Source: Macrostomum lignano | Taxonomy: Eukaryota | Length of the DNA: 64,000 nucleotides | NCBI GenBank assembly: GCA_002269645.1 | Contig: NIVC01000362.1 | Span: forward strand, 434,001 to 498,000 | Reading direction: 5' to 3' | Part shown: one piece after another, positions 47,192 through 60,727 of the stretch | Layout of the letters: every line of letters begins with the position of its first letter | Position numbering within the stretch: the first letter of the stretch is position 1 | Notes under the pieces: model-generated | The model's input: the letters and a program-made list of their open reading frames with translations, nothing else | Databases searched by the model: none | What the model was told of the DNA's origin: nothing | Made by a program: the position numbers and the translations under genes

Positions 47192-49675
47192 AATGTGAGG
47201 GTTTCACGAGAGATATTCAGACAAAGGCTCCCTAAAAAACGCCCCACACCGGGCCCCAAACTGCTACACATTATAACATTTTTTGTCAGTGCAGTATTTG
47301 ATTGCAAGGAAAAGTTAAAATAGTAATGGAATAAATATCTTTATTTATTTTTTTAAATATTATTATTTTTTATTTTCTCGTTTTCATTATTAAATTATAA
47401 TATTATTATTTTATTAATATTATTATTAATATCACTTATTGTTCACCGAATTTTATATTTCAAAGTAAAAAAACTAAATTTAATAAAAACTTGAAGCTAA
47501 ACAGAAAATGCATTCTGAAGTGCCTTTAGTTATAGTCCAATTTGTTTTAATGTGTAGCGCTGCAGGGCGGTGCGGGCGTGTTTTAGGGAGACCCATTCAG
47601 ACAGACATTCAAAATGATTGTCTGTAACTTCAAACAAAATTGACCCGCTTCAACCATCTTTTTGGCAAATACTTACGCAAGTGTTGGGCGTCGAATAAGC
47701 TTTAATTTATTAACTGAAGTAAAAATCCTTCTGACCTACATTGATTTAAAAATTGCTTAGCAACACTAGCTCTGATTAGAAATCGCTTTACTGTTGACTA
47801 AAATTGTTTTGATCGTAGCAGCCTAAAAGCAGATACTGGATTTAAAAATGCTTCGATTTACTCTATACGCATGTCTCAGCTTTAAAATGACACCTCAGGC
47901 ATCGCAAAAGACAGCTTTGATGCTGAGATATTCGACACTAAACATGCATTGCTTTGCGCAATCTCACATTCAGAAATTTCACTGATTTTTTGTTGATATT
48001 TGTGCAGTTGCCATGTCCTTGTTTTTCATCAGAATCTTGTCAAATTCTAGTCATGTCTATACGCATGTCTCAGCTTTAAAATGACACCTCAGGCATTGCA
48101 AAAGACAGCTTTGATGCTGAGATATTCGACACTAAACATTGCTTTGCTCAAACTCACATTCGGAAACTTCACTGATTTTTATTCAATATTTGTTCAGATG
48201 CTTGTCTACTTCTCCATTTATTAACCATCGCATGGAGCCTTGCTAACGTACAAGTGTATGTAGTTACAGTAAATGGGGTTTTTGTGACTCACTTAAACTT
48301 GTTTACGCATTCTGCAGCTATTCGCCGCCTTTCATTGGAGTGATTCATGGAGTCCAGTTGATAAATTTCCACAAATTGGACTGCTTCTACGTCAGATCTC
48401 AACATTTGGAACCGTCCTTGAACTATTTCAGAGTTAAGTGAGCTAATGGCATCAAATGGAAGGCTAGTGCTCGTACTTGTAAGCGAAGCAGGTTCACAAT
48501 TGAAATGGTTATATTCATGGCCATGGGATCTAAACTGATCTGTTTTACTTTCACGATCGCTTTGGTCTCAGAAGGAGCAGCAGTTGATGGACTGAGGTGA
48601 GAAGATGTGTCACGACTTGAGCTGTTTATAGAAAATATCTTTATCCAATTAAATATTTTCATGCGGCTCCTTAGGTTGTTCCGAATTCCGAGTCTAGAAG
48701 TCAAGACAGAAAAAAAGTTAAGAACTGCTACTGTAGTCCGTAGGGATTGGAAAGCTTAGCAGTACATTAGAAATCGCCAGTTCAATCTAAAAAGTTTGAA
48801 GTACATATAGCTATTGGGTTGCAACAACAGTAGAAAAAATTCTTCCTTTTTATTTTATTCCCACCTCTTACCTCATTCCGATTTGGATAGCAGAATTGCC
48901 ACGCAAAAAAAGTAAAAACATAACAATAAACTATTTGCTTCATATTAATTGCCACTGACTGTTAATAAACGCGACGTCAATTTCTCTCAATAACAGTTGG
49001 AACATGTTTCTCGTACACTCGTATATTTATTTGAACCGCAAAGCGGTGAAAAAGTCATGATTGGTTGCCATATGTACAAATGTACACTCACAGACTCACT
49101 GACTCAGGTACAATCTATGCAATATAAAGGCAGGAATCATTAAAAATCAAATACTTAAGACAGTTTAAGAGAAATCCAGGTTTAAACTGGACATGACTAG
49201 AATTTGACAAGTTTCTGATGAAAAACAAGGACACGGCAACTGCACAAATATCGACAAAAAATCAGTGAAATTTCTGAATGTGAGATTGCGCAAAGCAATG
49301 CATGTTTAGTGTCGAATATCTCAGCATCAAAGCTGTCTTTTGCGATGCCTGAGGTGTCATTTTAAAGCTGAGACATGCGTATAGAGTAAATCGAAGCATT
49401 TTTAAATCCAGTATCTGCTTTTAGGCTGCTATAATCAAAACAATTTTAGTCAACAGTAAAGCAATTTCTAATCAGAGCTAGTGTTGCTAAGCAATTTTTA
49501 AATCAATGTATGTCAGAAGGATTTTTACTTCAGTTAATAAATTAAAGCTTATTCGACGCCCAACACTTGCGTAAGTATTTGCCAAAAAGATGGTTGAAGC
49601 GGGTCAATTTTGTTTAAAGTTACAGACGATCGTTTCGAATGTCTGTCTAAATATCTCTCGTGAAACCCTCACATT
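47192..49675. mobile_element. Foldback-type element with ~490-bp inverted arms
   Basis: 47192-47223 plus 47595-48058 is the reverse complement of ~49190-49675 at high identity. Part of the left arm is duplicated in tandem at ~48059-48185. Confidence 0.85.
47224..47594. mobile_element. 371-bp MITE (9-bp TSD, Mutator-like) nested in the left arm of the foldback element
   Basis: ATTCAGACA is duplicated at 47215-47223 and 47595-47603. Termini AAGGCTCCCTAAAA and GGGTCTCCCTAAAA (rc) extend into ~50-bp imperfect TIRs. The right arm lacks the insert. Confidence 0.8.
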
Positions 49676-51442
49676 CTAAACAAGACTCAAGAGAAATTGC
49701 ACTCTGAGCCTTAAAATCGCACCTTGAAATTTGGCACAAGGTGCGATTTCGCACCTTATCTCTGGCGAAAAAAAAAACCCAGGCATTGCCTGTTCTAAAT
49801 ATTGCTTGTTGGCAGATTGCTGTCCATTGCAAAAGCTCTAAAAGGACCTAAACACGTGGTAGTTGCATGGCAAGAGGTTTGGCAAGTATGGTAGGTGGGG
49901 CAAAACACTGAAGCCTAGACTTGTAAGCTTGGCCTAGGTGAGTCTTGCTTTGTAAAGCCACACATTGTCAAAGAAGAGCTCCTTGTCACAGTACCTTAGG
50001 TAGGCTTAGAGTCTAACCAAGATTAGATTTTTGTTTTTAAGTGAGATTGAACAAGAATAAAAAATGAGATTATAAATAAGTTGATTGAGAATTGGAGATC
50101 TGACTACAATTGTGAATTTGTAGGCCCCCTATTGGAAGAATAGGCTTAGTACTTATATTTAGTATATTTAGAAGATATATATAAAATTTAGCCAATATTA
50201 TAAGTAAGTAGATAATAATACAAAAGAAAAGACCCAATGTGCCATCACAATAATATATATATATATCTAATATACAGCAAATATATAGCCTAGGTCTAAA
50301 AATGTAAGGCCTAAAGTTGCAAGCATTTTTTATTATTTAAATAATTTTAATTTTTAGCCAGCCACTAGGGCAGGGCCTAGTCATAATAAATAGACCTAGG
50401 GCCTATGGACTAAAAGCCTATCTATACAGGCCCAGGAGCTATTGATTCAATTGTCATATAATCTTAAAAAACGAGTAGGCCTAGATAAAAATTCCAAAAA
50501 TGTGTGCATTGGCGAAAAATCAAGCTTAGGCCTTAGGAACTTAGGGCTATTATGGGCGCAAAAAAGTGTTTGGGGGCGAAAAATCAAGTTTAGGCCATTA
50601 GGGGCACAAACTTGAGGTTTTTGGGGGCGCAATATGTACTGTCACGCTATTTTGTAGGGGGAGGGGCGGCCCTGCGTGTCCGCCCCTGCGTATGGTAGGG
50701 CCTAGGCTAGGCTTATTTAAACACCTGAAACCTTGAAAACGTGAAAGGGCCTTTTTATATTACCAATTCCAGAACCAGAATCGGTTCGGAATTCCAAGAA
50801 AAACAGCAGTATAACTATTAAACTCTGTTAATATTTGACTGCCTTAACAACCTAACTTAGCACAATTTTTCACTTTCTTCTTGGCGATTGTCATTCAATA
50901 ATAAAAACTTTATAGCACGTATCTCCCTCTAGTTATGGAGACAAAAAGTTATACTTTTTGGTATAACTGGAATATATAACTGGAGTAAATATAACTGGAG
51001 TATAACTGGAATATAAATTGGTTCTGGTTCTGGAACCAGAGCAAGCAATATGAAAAGGCCCAAAGTGATAAATTAGCCCTATTGAATGTAAAACAGCTGG
51101 TGTGGCGAAACAAACACGCACCACCTTTTGCATTCAAAACTTTCTAGAATCTTTACAGATAATAACAGCTTCTAAAGAAGCTCAGCTGTATGCGCACAGT
51201 AATTAAAGCTTGTCACATGCTAATTCTTTCTATTTTGCTTTAATGTTGTTTTGTTTTATTAGCACTGTATTTTGATTATTTTTAAAAAACATTTTTATAC
51301 GGTCGCATTAGCAAGTACTGATTGTACGATTTTTGTGTCGAAGTTGTAACCAAATACATTTCCTATTTAATAGTGAAATAGGCCTTAATTTAAGCCTATT
51401 CTTGTAAACAAAAAGTCAAGTTTTACTGGCAGTGGCAGAACG

Positions 51443-51498
51443 ATGTCATATGCAAAGGGTCGCGTTTTGCACATCAGAAATTTGTCCAATCGAGCTGT
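51443..51498 (+). CDS. SRSF10: SRSF10/12-like exon 1
   Basis: ATG...MSYAKGRVLHIRNLSNRA (RNP2-like LHIRNL). Donor GT|GTAAGT in phase 2 matches exon 2. Confidence 0.75.
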
Positions 51499-51968
51499 GT
51501 AAGTTTTTGTCATGTCATTAAATTAATTGTTGTGCTATGGTAGGCCCTAGGGCCTATGGGTTATTATTTAGTTAGGCCTATAATAAACCTATAAGTAAGA
51601 CATTCATTCTCTCTTATGTTGCTTTTTGCTAGGGCAATTGGGCCATTGGCATAAAATGTCATTTCACCTCGTTCACCCCCAGGATAGAATTCTTGCACAA
51701 AAGTTGTTACATGTTTGTGCGCGCTTGTCAAATTTGTGCACTCTTGTGCGCTGAAAAGGAGCCTACTTGTGCGCTCCTAAAGAAGGTATGTGCGTGCTCC
51801 ATTGTATGCATTTACAAAGAAGCTGTTTGCCACAGAATCATAAACAAGATTTGAATTTTACATGCATTCAACATGGTTAATTGCCATGTAGTATATGCAC
51901 ACTCAAGTTCTACTTTTCATAGTCCGGAAGGTTGTTTAATGCCAGAAAATTTTAAACAAAAGTACACA

Positions 51969-54479
51969 GAAAATTCTGGCACAAAAAGGGGTTTGACATG
52001 CGCCATGCTGGTTCTGGTACAACAGCAGGCAAGGGAGAAAAATCTGGTGCAGTACGACGCAAGACAAAAAAATTGGCATATTTTGGAACAAGACAAAAAC
52101 TTCCAACAAGAAAATATTTTCTTTGACAATAAATTAGCATGTGGCAAAATCCAAAAATTAAGGGCAAGTTTATGAAAATTTGTTTTTTTGGTAATTTAAA
52201 AGCAATAAAGCTATAAAATAAATTTACTAAAGTTTCTAAAAGGTAAAAAGTCTATAAAAGCACAAATTATTTACATATAGCTTTATTTTTAATAAAATGA
52301 TTTGTTAAAACAGTACGTTTAATTATGACCTAAAATGACTATAATGAAAATGATAGAAAAGCTATAATAATGTATTTTATTAACTTTAACTATCTTATAA
52401 TGTTACACTCTATAATTCTACAACATATTTAACATTATTTTTAAGGGTTTATTTGTTTATCACTTTCGTTACTCTTGACAATGTGTATTTTGTAGAGTTC
52501 GTTTGCAATAAATTGTATTCAACGTAAGTTTATTATTTAAACATACAAATTCACATGACATATGGATCGGAAAATTGAATTTTACTCAGCTTCTACCAAA
52601 GCGATATGGAAAATTCTTTTTTTCCTGCATACACGCCACGATAATACATGTTTTAGTGTAATTTCATTGTTCTTCATTGCTTAATAAGCATATAGGAAGC
52701 ATTTGATTTAGATGCCGGGTTTACATTTTGTGATACCATTTTTTACCCAAAATTTATAAGTCTAAATATAGGCATATTACAAATCATACATATGCAACAG
52801 TTGGCCGAGTTGGCCGATCTGGCCGACTGATTTGGCAGCCAACCAAGGAAGTTGCAAAAATGCCCACCCAAAAAAAATATCCATGTAGTAGTACTAAGTA
52901 GCTGACGAGGCATTTTGGCCTAATAAGACAGTCATATTTACTCCTGCCGTTTACCCAAAGTTGCATTAATTTTGCTTTAAGGTTTTTTTACATGTAGGTC
53001 GCATTTTTGGCAAAAAACTACACCGCATTTTAAAAGTTGTTAAAACTAAGTTGCATGGCCAACCGAATTTTGGAGGTTGCGCATGTGTGTTACAAATACG
53101 AATACCATGCAAGTTGATATTTAAATGAAAGAAAACAACTTAAAGATTATTTTGCAACAAGGAATTAGCAATATATTTACTTTTAGAAAAAGATGTTTGT
53201 TGGCAAACTTTGCACTTTAAATTAGTATGATTTTTTTGCAATTTTATGTGGTTTTAGAAAAACTTTGAAATCCTTAGAAATACTTCATCTTTTTGAATCA
53301 AAGAAAAAGTAAAACACATTACTTTCTGTTTTGTAAATAGTAAAAAATTGTGAATCGGTCAATTCGGACTTTTAAAATGCTTTTTTGTGGTTTTTTCTTA
53401 TTTATTCAATAATATAAAGCATGAAAACAATAGTTTTTATCCAGAACTATTTTTAAAGACCTATCTATCTTTCAAAAACCTTTTTCAGATACATGTCTGA
53501 ATGTCCGCAGATTTGTTTTACCATTTTATCCCACGTTTTTGGATTTCGCCATGTGATTTCTTTTTATTAGCACTTTTTTGTTTGCCAGTGTATTGATGGC
53601 TTTGTAATAATTTTTGTTAACATTGCATTTTCTATGAAACAGATTCTAATACAAGTTGTACCAATATTCTTCAAACAGAAAATTACTGGTTTTTGCATTT
53701 TTTTCAAAAGGTGCGGTACACAACAAGAGCAAATTTTGATAGGATTTATTTTGGCACATGCCACACAGTGCAAGTGCAAGCAAGCTTTTTTGATAGGATT
53801 TGTTCCAGCGAATAGCACAATCAAACTTTTTTGATAGGATTCATTCTGGTGCAGATGTGCCATGATCCTAACAATAGTATGCACTCAATTTTTTTGTGTG
53901 CATTTGCAAGTATTCCATTTTTGTTTAGGCATGTATCCAGCATGATCTGGACTTTAGGTTCACCTTCTATAACCCCTACACTCAAGATTATGTAATATAC
54001 ACCCAAAAATGGGCATGCATTGGCCTTGCCATAGTCAACATCATGGCATGCCTGTCCCAAAATTATTCCTATCAAAAAAGTTTGATTGCACTATGCACCA
54101 AAATAAATTCTATTTAAAAAGTTTGCTTGTACTGTGTATTGCATCTGTCTAAAAAAACTGCAAAAATCAGTAGTTTTCCATTTAAAAAACTTAGTAAAAT
54201 TGTATTGTATTTGAATCAGTTTCATAGAAAATGTAATGTTAATGTAAAATAATTAAAAAGCAGTCAATACACTAGCAAATAAAAAGTGCTAAAAAAAAGA
54301 AATTATAAGCTAATTTTCTGTCAGAGAAAATATTGTCTAGTTGGAAGTTTTTGTCTTGTACCAAATTATGCCAATTTTTTGTCTTGTGCCATACTGTGCC
54401 AGATTTTTTTCCTTTGCTTGCTGTTGCACAATTGTGCCTGTGTGGCGCATGTCCAACCCCATTTTGCGCTGGAATTTTC
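51969..54479. repeat. Two diverged inverted-repeat pairs in SRSF10-like intron 1
   Basis: 51969-52138 pairs with 54309-54479 (roughly 80% by eye). 53567-53797 pairs with 54068-54292 (more diverged). Confidence 0.7.
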
Positions 54480-56701
54480 CATGAAAAAGGCCATCTTTTT
54501 GACAGTGACCAAAAGTAGGTATGCGCAATTGGCGTGCATCACTCTTAAGAGAATAGTGTTCATGCACACCTTGTGTGCACCTTATAGAACCATGTGGAAA
54601 AGTTTTTGTTAAGTGGAAAAAAACAATAAAAAAGTTAATTTTCAAGCATAAATTTCAATCTTTCAGGGTTTTTAAAGCCTATAATAAGGCATTTGAACAA
54701 ATCTTTGCATGCATAATTTTTAGACTTATAAGTAATATAAGTAGTATAGGTGAAAAGGCAAAAAATTAACCAAATTATTAGCCTTAAAGGGTCTTTTATG
54801 CAGTGTAGTGTTGGGCACCAATAATAAAAATCTTAATTTCTATTAATGGCAAAAGTGTTTGCATTAAAACAAAAAATCTTAACTTATAGTTTAGATGGGA
54901 CCTAACAAAACTTTTAATTTTGTTAAGTTAACTAAAAATTAACTGATAATCATTAATAAGCAATAATCTGTTAAAGTTAACATAGAAAATATAGAAATCT
55001 TTCAATTTTTTTCTAAAAACAGACTTTATAATGCACTATCTTTTATTTCTATCTTTTTAGCAAAACATAAAGGTCATCTAAGCAATTTACAAGGTTAAAA
55101 AGCAATAAATAACAGTTTTAAAAACTTGTAGGCATATTACTACTAAAAGTAAGCATATTGTAGAAGAAGTAACTTATTTATTTAAAACTTGAAAGCTAAT
55201 TAGTTACAAATAAAATACAAATATGAAGGTTGTTTCAGTAGGATTAGCAGGCACAGCAGAAAATAACATAATATTAGGAAAGAAGTGAATCAAAACAATA
55301 GATGCTCCCATGCAAGCAATAAAGTTCATAGTTTTAATTCATTATTAAATTTATTATATTTGCATGATAATTGTCATAAACAAAGAGATTTATTAGGCAT
55401 TTAGTTAAATTTGAATAGATTTGTAATGTTGCAACTTTTTGTTGTACTTATATTTTTGTTTTTTTTGTGTCTTTAGTCATTCTTTGCCATTAGTATTAAT
55501 GATAAATTTGTTGTTAACTAAAAATTATTAATGCAAATTTGTTAATCCATTAGTGCAAAAAATCTTAATGGCAGTATATTAATGCTTGTTAATGGATTAA
55601 TGCTAATTAACAGACTGGTACCTAACACTGCCCTTATGCAATCCAAAAAAGTCATTTATTGTTGCAACACTGGCATAGATTTGAAAGTGTGAGCATGCTT
55701 TCACCAAAATAGACTCAAACTGTTTGAAATAATGATGGACCAAATACAAATTTTCACAAGTTTCTGAAGCCAAATCCAAATGCGAATATAATTATTTTAA
55801 GTTTTTAACTTCATTTAATTGGAATTAAATATAAAACTCATTAGTCTATTATATCTCAAGATTGGCAATATGAAGCTTTGAATAAGATAATGTATTTGGC
55901 ATACATAGGCATATACTAACAATGAATAGAATACATTTTTTAATAAACTATATGTAGCTTCTCCTTGCAATAACCTCAGCAATTCCCCTTATAAGAATTG
56001 ACATCTTAGCCAATTCCCATATAAGCCTTGACATCTCAATGAATCCCCCATGATGTCAAAATATGTCCTAGTGTTATAGAATCCAACTAATATAGAGCAT
56101 TCTTAAAGTTGATAAATGCATTATGAGAGCTTTTCTCTCATTTTTATAATCGTAATTTCAGTCCTAATTTAATTCAACATTTAACAACTCATTTTAATGA
56201 AGATAAGGCTATACCCAGATAATTTGTGCTTTCATAGATTTTAAAAATGGTTTAACTAAATCAGTTTATTTTATAACCTTATTCCTTTCAAATGTCAAAT
56301 AACAGTTTCCAAAAAAATCCCCTTAATTTTTTGGATTTTGTCATATTTATATTATATATATTGCTACATTTCATACATAATATGAGCCATAAGCCCATAA
56401 TCTCTAACACTCTTGACTCTACAGACTCAAACTTCTCAGTTCTCCATTCCTTCTAAAGCTTTCTCAAATCTTAATACACCCCTTTATCTATGATATATGA
56501 ACACCAATACTCAACTCTTGACTTAGAGCAAATGATCAGTTAGGTGCATCAAATGGAGTGTTAGAATTTGGGTTATAAAATGCTTTATACTAGATACCAC
56601 AAGTTCTGTTACTTTGTGTTTAAATTTGAAACTTTTCTTATTGTAATTTACATATTTAAAATGATATTTGGCTCAATTTATTTGATATCATTAATCCGCA
56701 G

Positions 56702-56806
56702 GCAAGATGATCTCCGTCGTGCCTTCTCCAAGTTTGGCTACATCACGGATATAACCATTCCATTGGACTACTACACCGGCCGAATGAAAGGGTATGCATT
56801 TGTAGA
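56702..56806 (+). CDS. SRSF10: SRSF10/12-like exon 2 (RRM)
   Basis: Acceptor CCGCAG|. QDDLRRAFSKFGYITDITIPLDYYTGRMKGYAFVE includes RNP1 KGYAFVE. Confidence 0.92.
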
Positions 56807-57611
56807 ATATCCTTTTTCTATAATTTTAATTCGTTTTTTTTAGTAATGTACTCGTTTCAGTTCAATAATTTTGCCTGGCTGGTTTACAATATACGCATTT
56901 TTATATCTTGTAGGCTCTGCATTGCAGTTGTCTGTTTTGTTGTAAATTAATAACCAAATCAACTTTAAATATCTGCAGGAAACTATTCTGAAAACCAACC
57001 AACCAATCAGTCAATCAGTCCTATCACTAAGACCTATTCAATCCTGTCTCCGGACTAAAGCCAATGCACACTAACCAGCAACCGGTGTTTCAACACTGAG
57101 TTCGACTGACAGCCAGACTGTCAACTGTCAGCTTGCTTGAAGTTGCAGACACGGCCCTAGCCAAAGCCCTAGTCCTAAAAGCAACTGCTGTCATCCAAGG
57201 CCAACAACAGCCAAGCAATTGTGTCTAATCAGTCAGTCAGTCAGCCAATTTAAATTTCTAAGCGAGGCACTCGTTACCTGTTTTTTGTAAAAGATTTCAC
57301 TAGCTGGATTTCTAATCTGAGTAGCAAACTGATAATTTCCCCAGATCGATACATAAAATATCTGTTGGGAAATCAATTGGTTGCTACAGCTGTCTTTGAA
57401 ATTTAAGCTAGTGAAATTATTTTTTTCTTATCTTATTTATACTTCGACGCCCAATCTGCACTACTTACTGATCGGCAGTAGGTAAGCTAGGAAGTTTTTC
57501 GTTTTATTTTCTGTGCCAACCTAAAAAAACCTGAAAAAATTCCTTAACTCGATAAATCTTCTCGTCGTGGGCTTAACCGCGATTTGATTGAATTTAAAAA
57601 CAATCGTTTAC
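56807..57611 (+). other. U12-type AT-AC intron (805 nt)
   Basis: 5' end |ATATCCTTT. Branch motifs TTCCTTAAC (57540-57548) and GGCTTAAC (57570-57577). 3' end TTTAC|. Splicing restores FVE-YDRTSDAREA of the RRM. Confidence 0.88.
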
Positions 57612-57848
57612 GTACGACCGCACGAGCGACGCCCGCGAAGCTATCCGCCGGATGGATCGAACCCAGCTGCTGGGCCGGACTATTGAAATTGAGATTGCCC
57701 GCGGCTACAGGCGCACCCCTGCAGAGATGATGCGCATACAGAAGGAACGCGACCATATGGATCATCGGCGCGAACAGGACGACCGGGACAGGGACCGTGG
57801 TCGCGACCGGGACAGGGACCGAGACCGTAGGGATCGTAGGGACAGGAG
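57612..57848 (+). CDS. SRSF10: SRSF10/12-like exon 3 (RRM end and RD dipeptides)
   Basis: MDRTQLLGRTIEIEIARGYRRTPAEM matches the SRSF10 [26 protein letters not shown] pattern. Donor AG|GTGAGA. Confidence 0.9.
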
Positions 57849-58054
57849 GTGAGAGTTGAGAGTCTTGTCGATTGGAACAGAGGTCGAGAGAGAAATTAAA
57901 AGCTAATGCGAAACTTGGGAATGGAGTGGTTCAGAAGCATAAATCTGGAAAGTGGTATAATTACAGGTCGAAATTAGTAGAAATACAGGCAGTAATTCGT
58001 AAAATTGTAGGTAGAAATTACTAAAATTACAGGTAAAAGTGCTAAAATTACAGA

Positions 58055-58240
58055 TAGAAAATGGTAGACTAACATGTAGAAAATGGTAGACTAACAGGTA
58101 GCAAATGGTAGACTAACAGGTAGCAAATGGTAGACTAACAGGTAGCAAATGGTAGACTAACATGTAGAAAATGGTAGACTAACATGTAGAAAATGGTAGA
58201 CTAACAGGTAGCAAATGGTAGAATTACAGGGAAATGTGGT
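58055..58240. repeat. 22-bp tandem repeat in SRSF10-like intron 3
   Basis: Unit AAATGGTAGACTAACAGGTAGC. Confidence 0.9.
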
Positions 58241-58350
58241 AGAATTACAGGTGGGAGAGGTAGAACTACGGGTAGGAAGTGGTAGAAGGGATGTAATTCC
58301 CCTTCCAGCACAGCCGCCAACTCACCCCACCCCCCCCCCTACCTGCGCAG

Positions 58351-58786
58351 CCGCTCGCCGCGTTCCCCGCGTCGCAGCTCCGGGCGCGGCCGTCGATCGT
58401 CTCGCTCGCCAGCTGGCAGCGGCAGCCGAGGCGGCGGAGGCGATGACCGCGAATCTCGGCATCATCGCGGCAGCGACCGCGGCGACAGCGGCGACCGTGA
58501 CCGCAGCGACCGCGGCGACCGTGACCGCGGCAGACGACGTGACGCCACCGACGAGAACGGAGGCGGCGAAGATAATAGGCGTCGCCGAGCTTCGTCGGGC
58601 TCTCCGCCGCCTCAGCATCGCTCGCCATCGCCGATGGCACCGCTGCCGCCAGCTTCAGGCCGCGACAACTACGACGACGAGGACAATGATCGCCGTGGCG
58701 CCGCCTCGATGTCGCGCTCGCCGTCGCGCTCTCGTTCGCCGTCTCATTCTCGTTCGCGCTCGCGTTCTCGCTCCGGTTCGCGCTGA
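58351..58786 (+). CDS. SRSF10: SRSF10/12-like exon 4 (RS domain); alternative in-frame acceptor 42 nt upstream (58308/58309)
   Basis: Acceptor CTCAC...CCCCTACCTGCGCAG|. The frame reads RSPRSPRRSS...SRSRSRSRSGSR*, with TGA at 58784-58786. Total CDS 834 nt (277 aa). Confidence 0.88.
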
Positions 58787-58914
58787 GTGCCTGAATTCTT
58801 CGAACTTTTGTCGTTTAGTTTGTAACTGACCTGCGGGGCTTGTGGCTGCTTTTACAGGAATTTAAACTGAATTTTTTAATGTTTGCTGTTCATTTCTCAA
58901 AGTTTTATAGTAGG

Positions 58915-59572
58915 CTGTCAGACTGTCAGAGCGAGATTTTAGACTGTCAGGGTCAGATTCCGAACCGTCAGGGGGAGATTCCAGACTGTCAGTGTGAGAT
59001 TCCAGACTGCGGGGTGAGATTCCAAACCGTCAGAGTGAGATTCCAAACTGTCAGGGTGAGATTCCAGACTGTTAGTGTGAGATTCCAGACTGTCAGGGTG
59101 AGATTCCAAACCGTCAGGGTGAGATTCCAGACTGTCAAAGTGAGATTCCAAACTGTCAGAGTGAGATTCCAAACTGTCAGAGTGAGATTCCAAACTGTCA
59201 GGGTGAGATTCCAGACTGTCAGGGTGAGATTCCAAACTGTCAGAGTGAGATTCCAAACTGTCAGGGTGAGATTCCAGACTGTCAGAGTGAGATTCCAAAC
59301 TGTCAGGGTGAGATTTCAGACTGTCAAAGTGAGATTCCAAACTGTCAGAGTGAGATTCCAAACTGTCAGGGTGAGATTCCAGACTGTCAAAGTGAGATTC
59401 CAGACTGTCAGGGTGAGATTCCAAACTGACAGGGTGAGATTCCAGACTGTCTGGGTGAGATTCCAGCCTGTCAAAGTGAGATTCCAGTCTGTTAGAGTGA
59501 GATTCCAAACTGTCAGGGTGAGATTCCAAACTGTCAAGGTGAGATTCCAGACTGTCAGGGTGAGATTCCAAA
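58915..59572. repeat. 21-bp minisatellite (~30 copies)
   Basis: Unit GTGAGATTCCAGACTGTCAGG. Confidence 0.96.
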
Positions 59573-60454
59573 TTGAAAGTTTCTCTAGTACTGATATAAT
59601 TTAAATATTGCTTTGTTAAGCCAGGCCCTGCCTGAGCAGTGTCTAATATTGACTCATCGACTCATTACCTGCGTACATTCTGCACTAACTAATTCAACTA
59701 GGGTGGACATTCTTTGTTGTTGTAAAAAATTAATTAAAAGACCGGCGGTTATCGCCTTTATGTACGAGTTTTATAATAAGGGTAATTCACTAGTTGTTTC
59801 CATAAATAGTAACCAAAATATCAGCCTCATCTGTTCTGTTTCTTTATAACTATTTTTGTAAACAAACAAATAAAGTATTTCAATATATATGTGTGTATTT
59901 GTGTGTGTGTTAGTGTTTTTCAGTTATTTATTTAGTTGTCTTTGTAACAATGAACAACGAGGTCTTTTGTTGCATAGTTTCACTGGTTTTAAATCATATA
60001 ATAATAATTCGTATAATAGTAATATTATAGCAAGTTCAGCCTAGCAGCTAATCATAATGTATTGCACTTCTCTTTCTTGCTCTAGTTTCCTAATCTGATA
60101 ATTAATAATCTACTCTAATAAATAAACCATCTGTTTAAAAGAAGAAACAAAAATCTGTAATATTTCAAGCACAGTTGAAATTTATTATCAGTTGGAAATC
60201 TGTTTTGTAATATTTGTTTATTTTTGTTACTTTATTCTACTTAAGTATGCGCATTGATATAATATATAATTCAAGGTAAAGTGGTTAGGGAGAGATATAA
60301 TAAAATTAGCGACTTTTACTACTAAATAGTAATATAACTTAACTTTGTCCCTAATTAAGTGAGTTGATGCTAACTTAAACTAACTGATTATTAACACGTA
60401 AGGGGTGAGGGGTGCTATCTTAGAGAGGGCAGAGGGAACGGTGCTAGGGGGAGA

Positions 60455-60727
60455 CGGGGTACAGATGGATAGAGGAGGGACAAAGGGCTAGAGGGGAGCA
60501 GGGGACAGAGGGCTAGAGGGGAGCAGGGGGACAGAGGGCTAGAGAGGAGCAGGGGGACAGAGGGCTAGAGAGGAGCAGGGGGACAGAGGGCTAGAGGGGA
60601 GCAGGGGGACAGGGCTAGAGGGGAGCAGGGGTGCTAGAGGGGGACAGAGGGCTAGAGGGGAGCAGGGGTGCTAGAGGGGACAGAGGGCTAGAGGGGGAGC
60701 AGGGGTGCTAGAGGAGGACAGAGGGCT
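60455..60727. repeat. G/A-rich ~26-bp degenerate repeat
   Basis: Variants of GGGCTAGAGGGGAGCAGGGGGACAGA. Confidence 0.9.

Noticed and set aside
58215-58829. 204-aa Ala/Arg-rich plus-strand ORF
   Set aside because: Wrong frame of SRSF10-like exon 4; the RS-domain frame is the one consistent with splicing.
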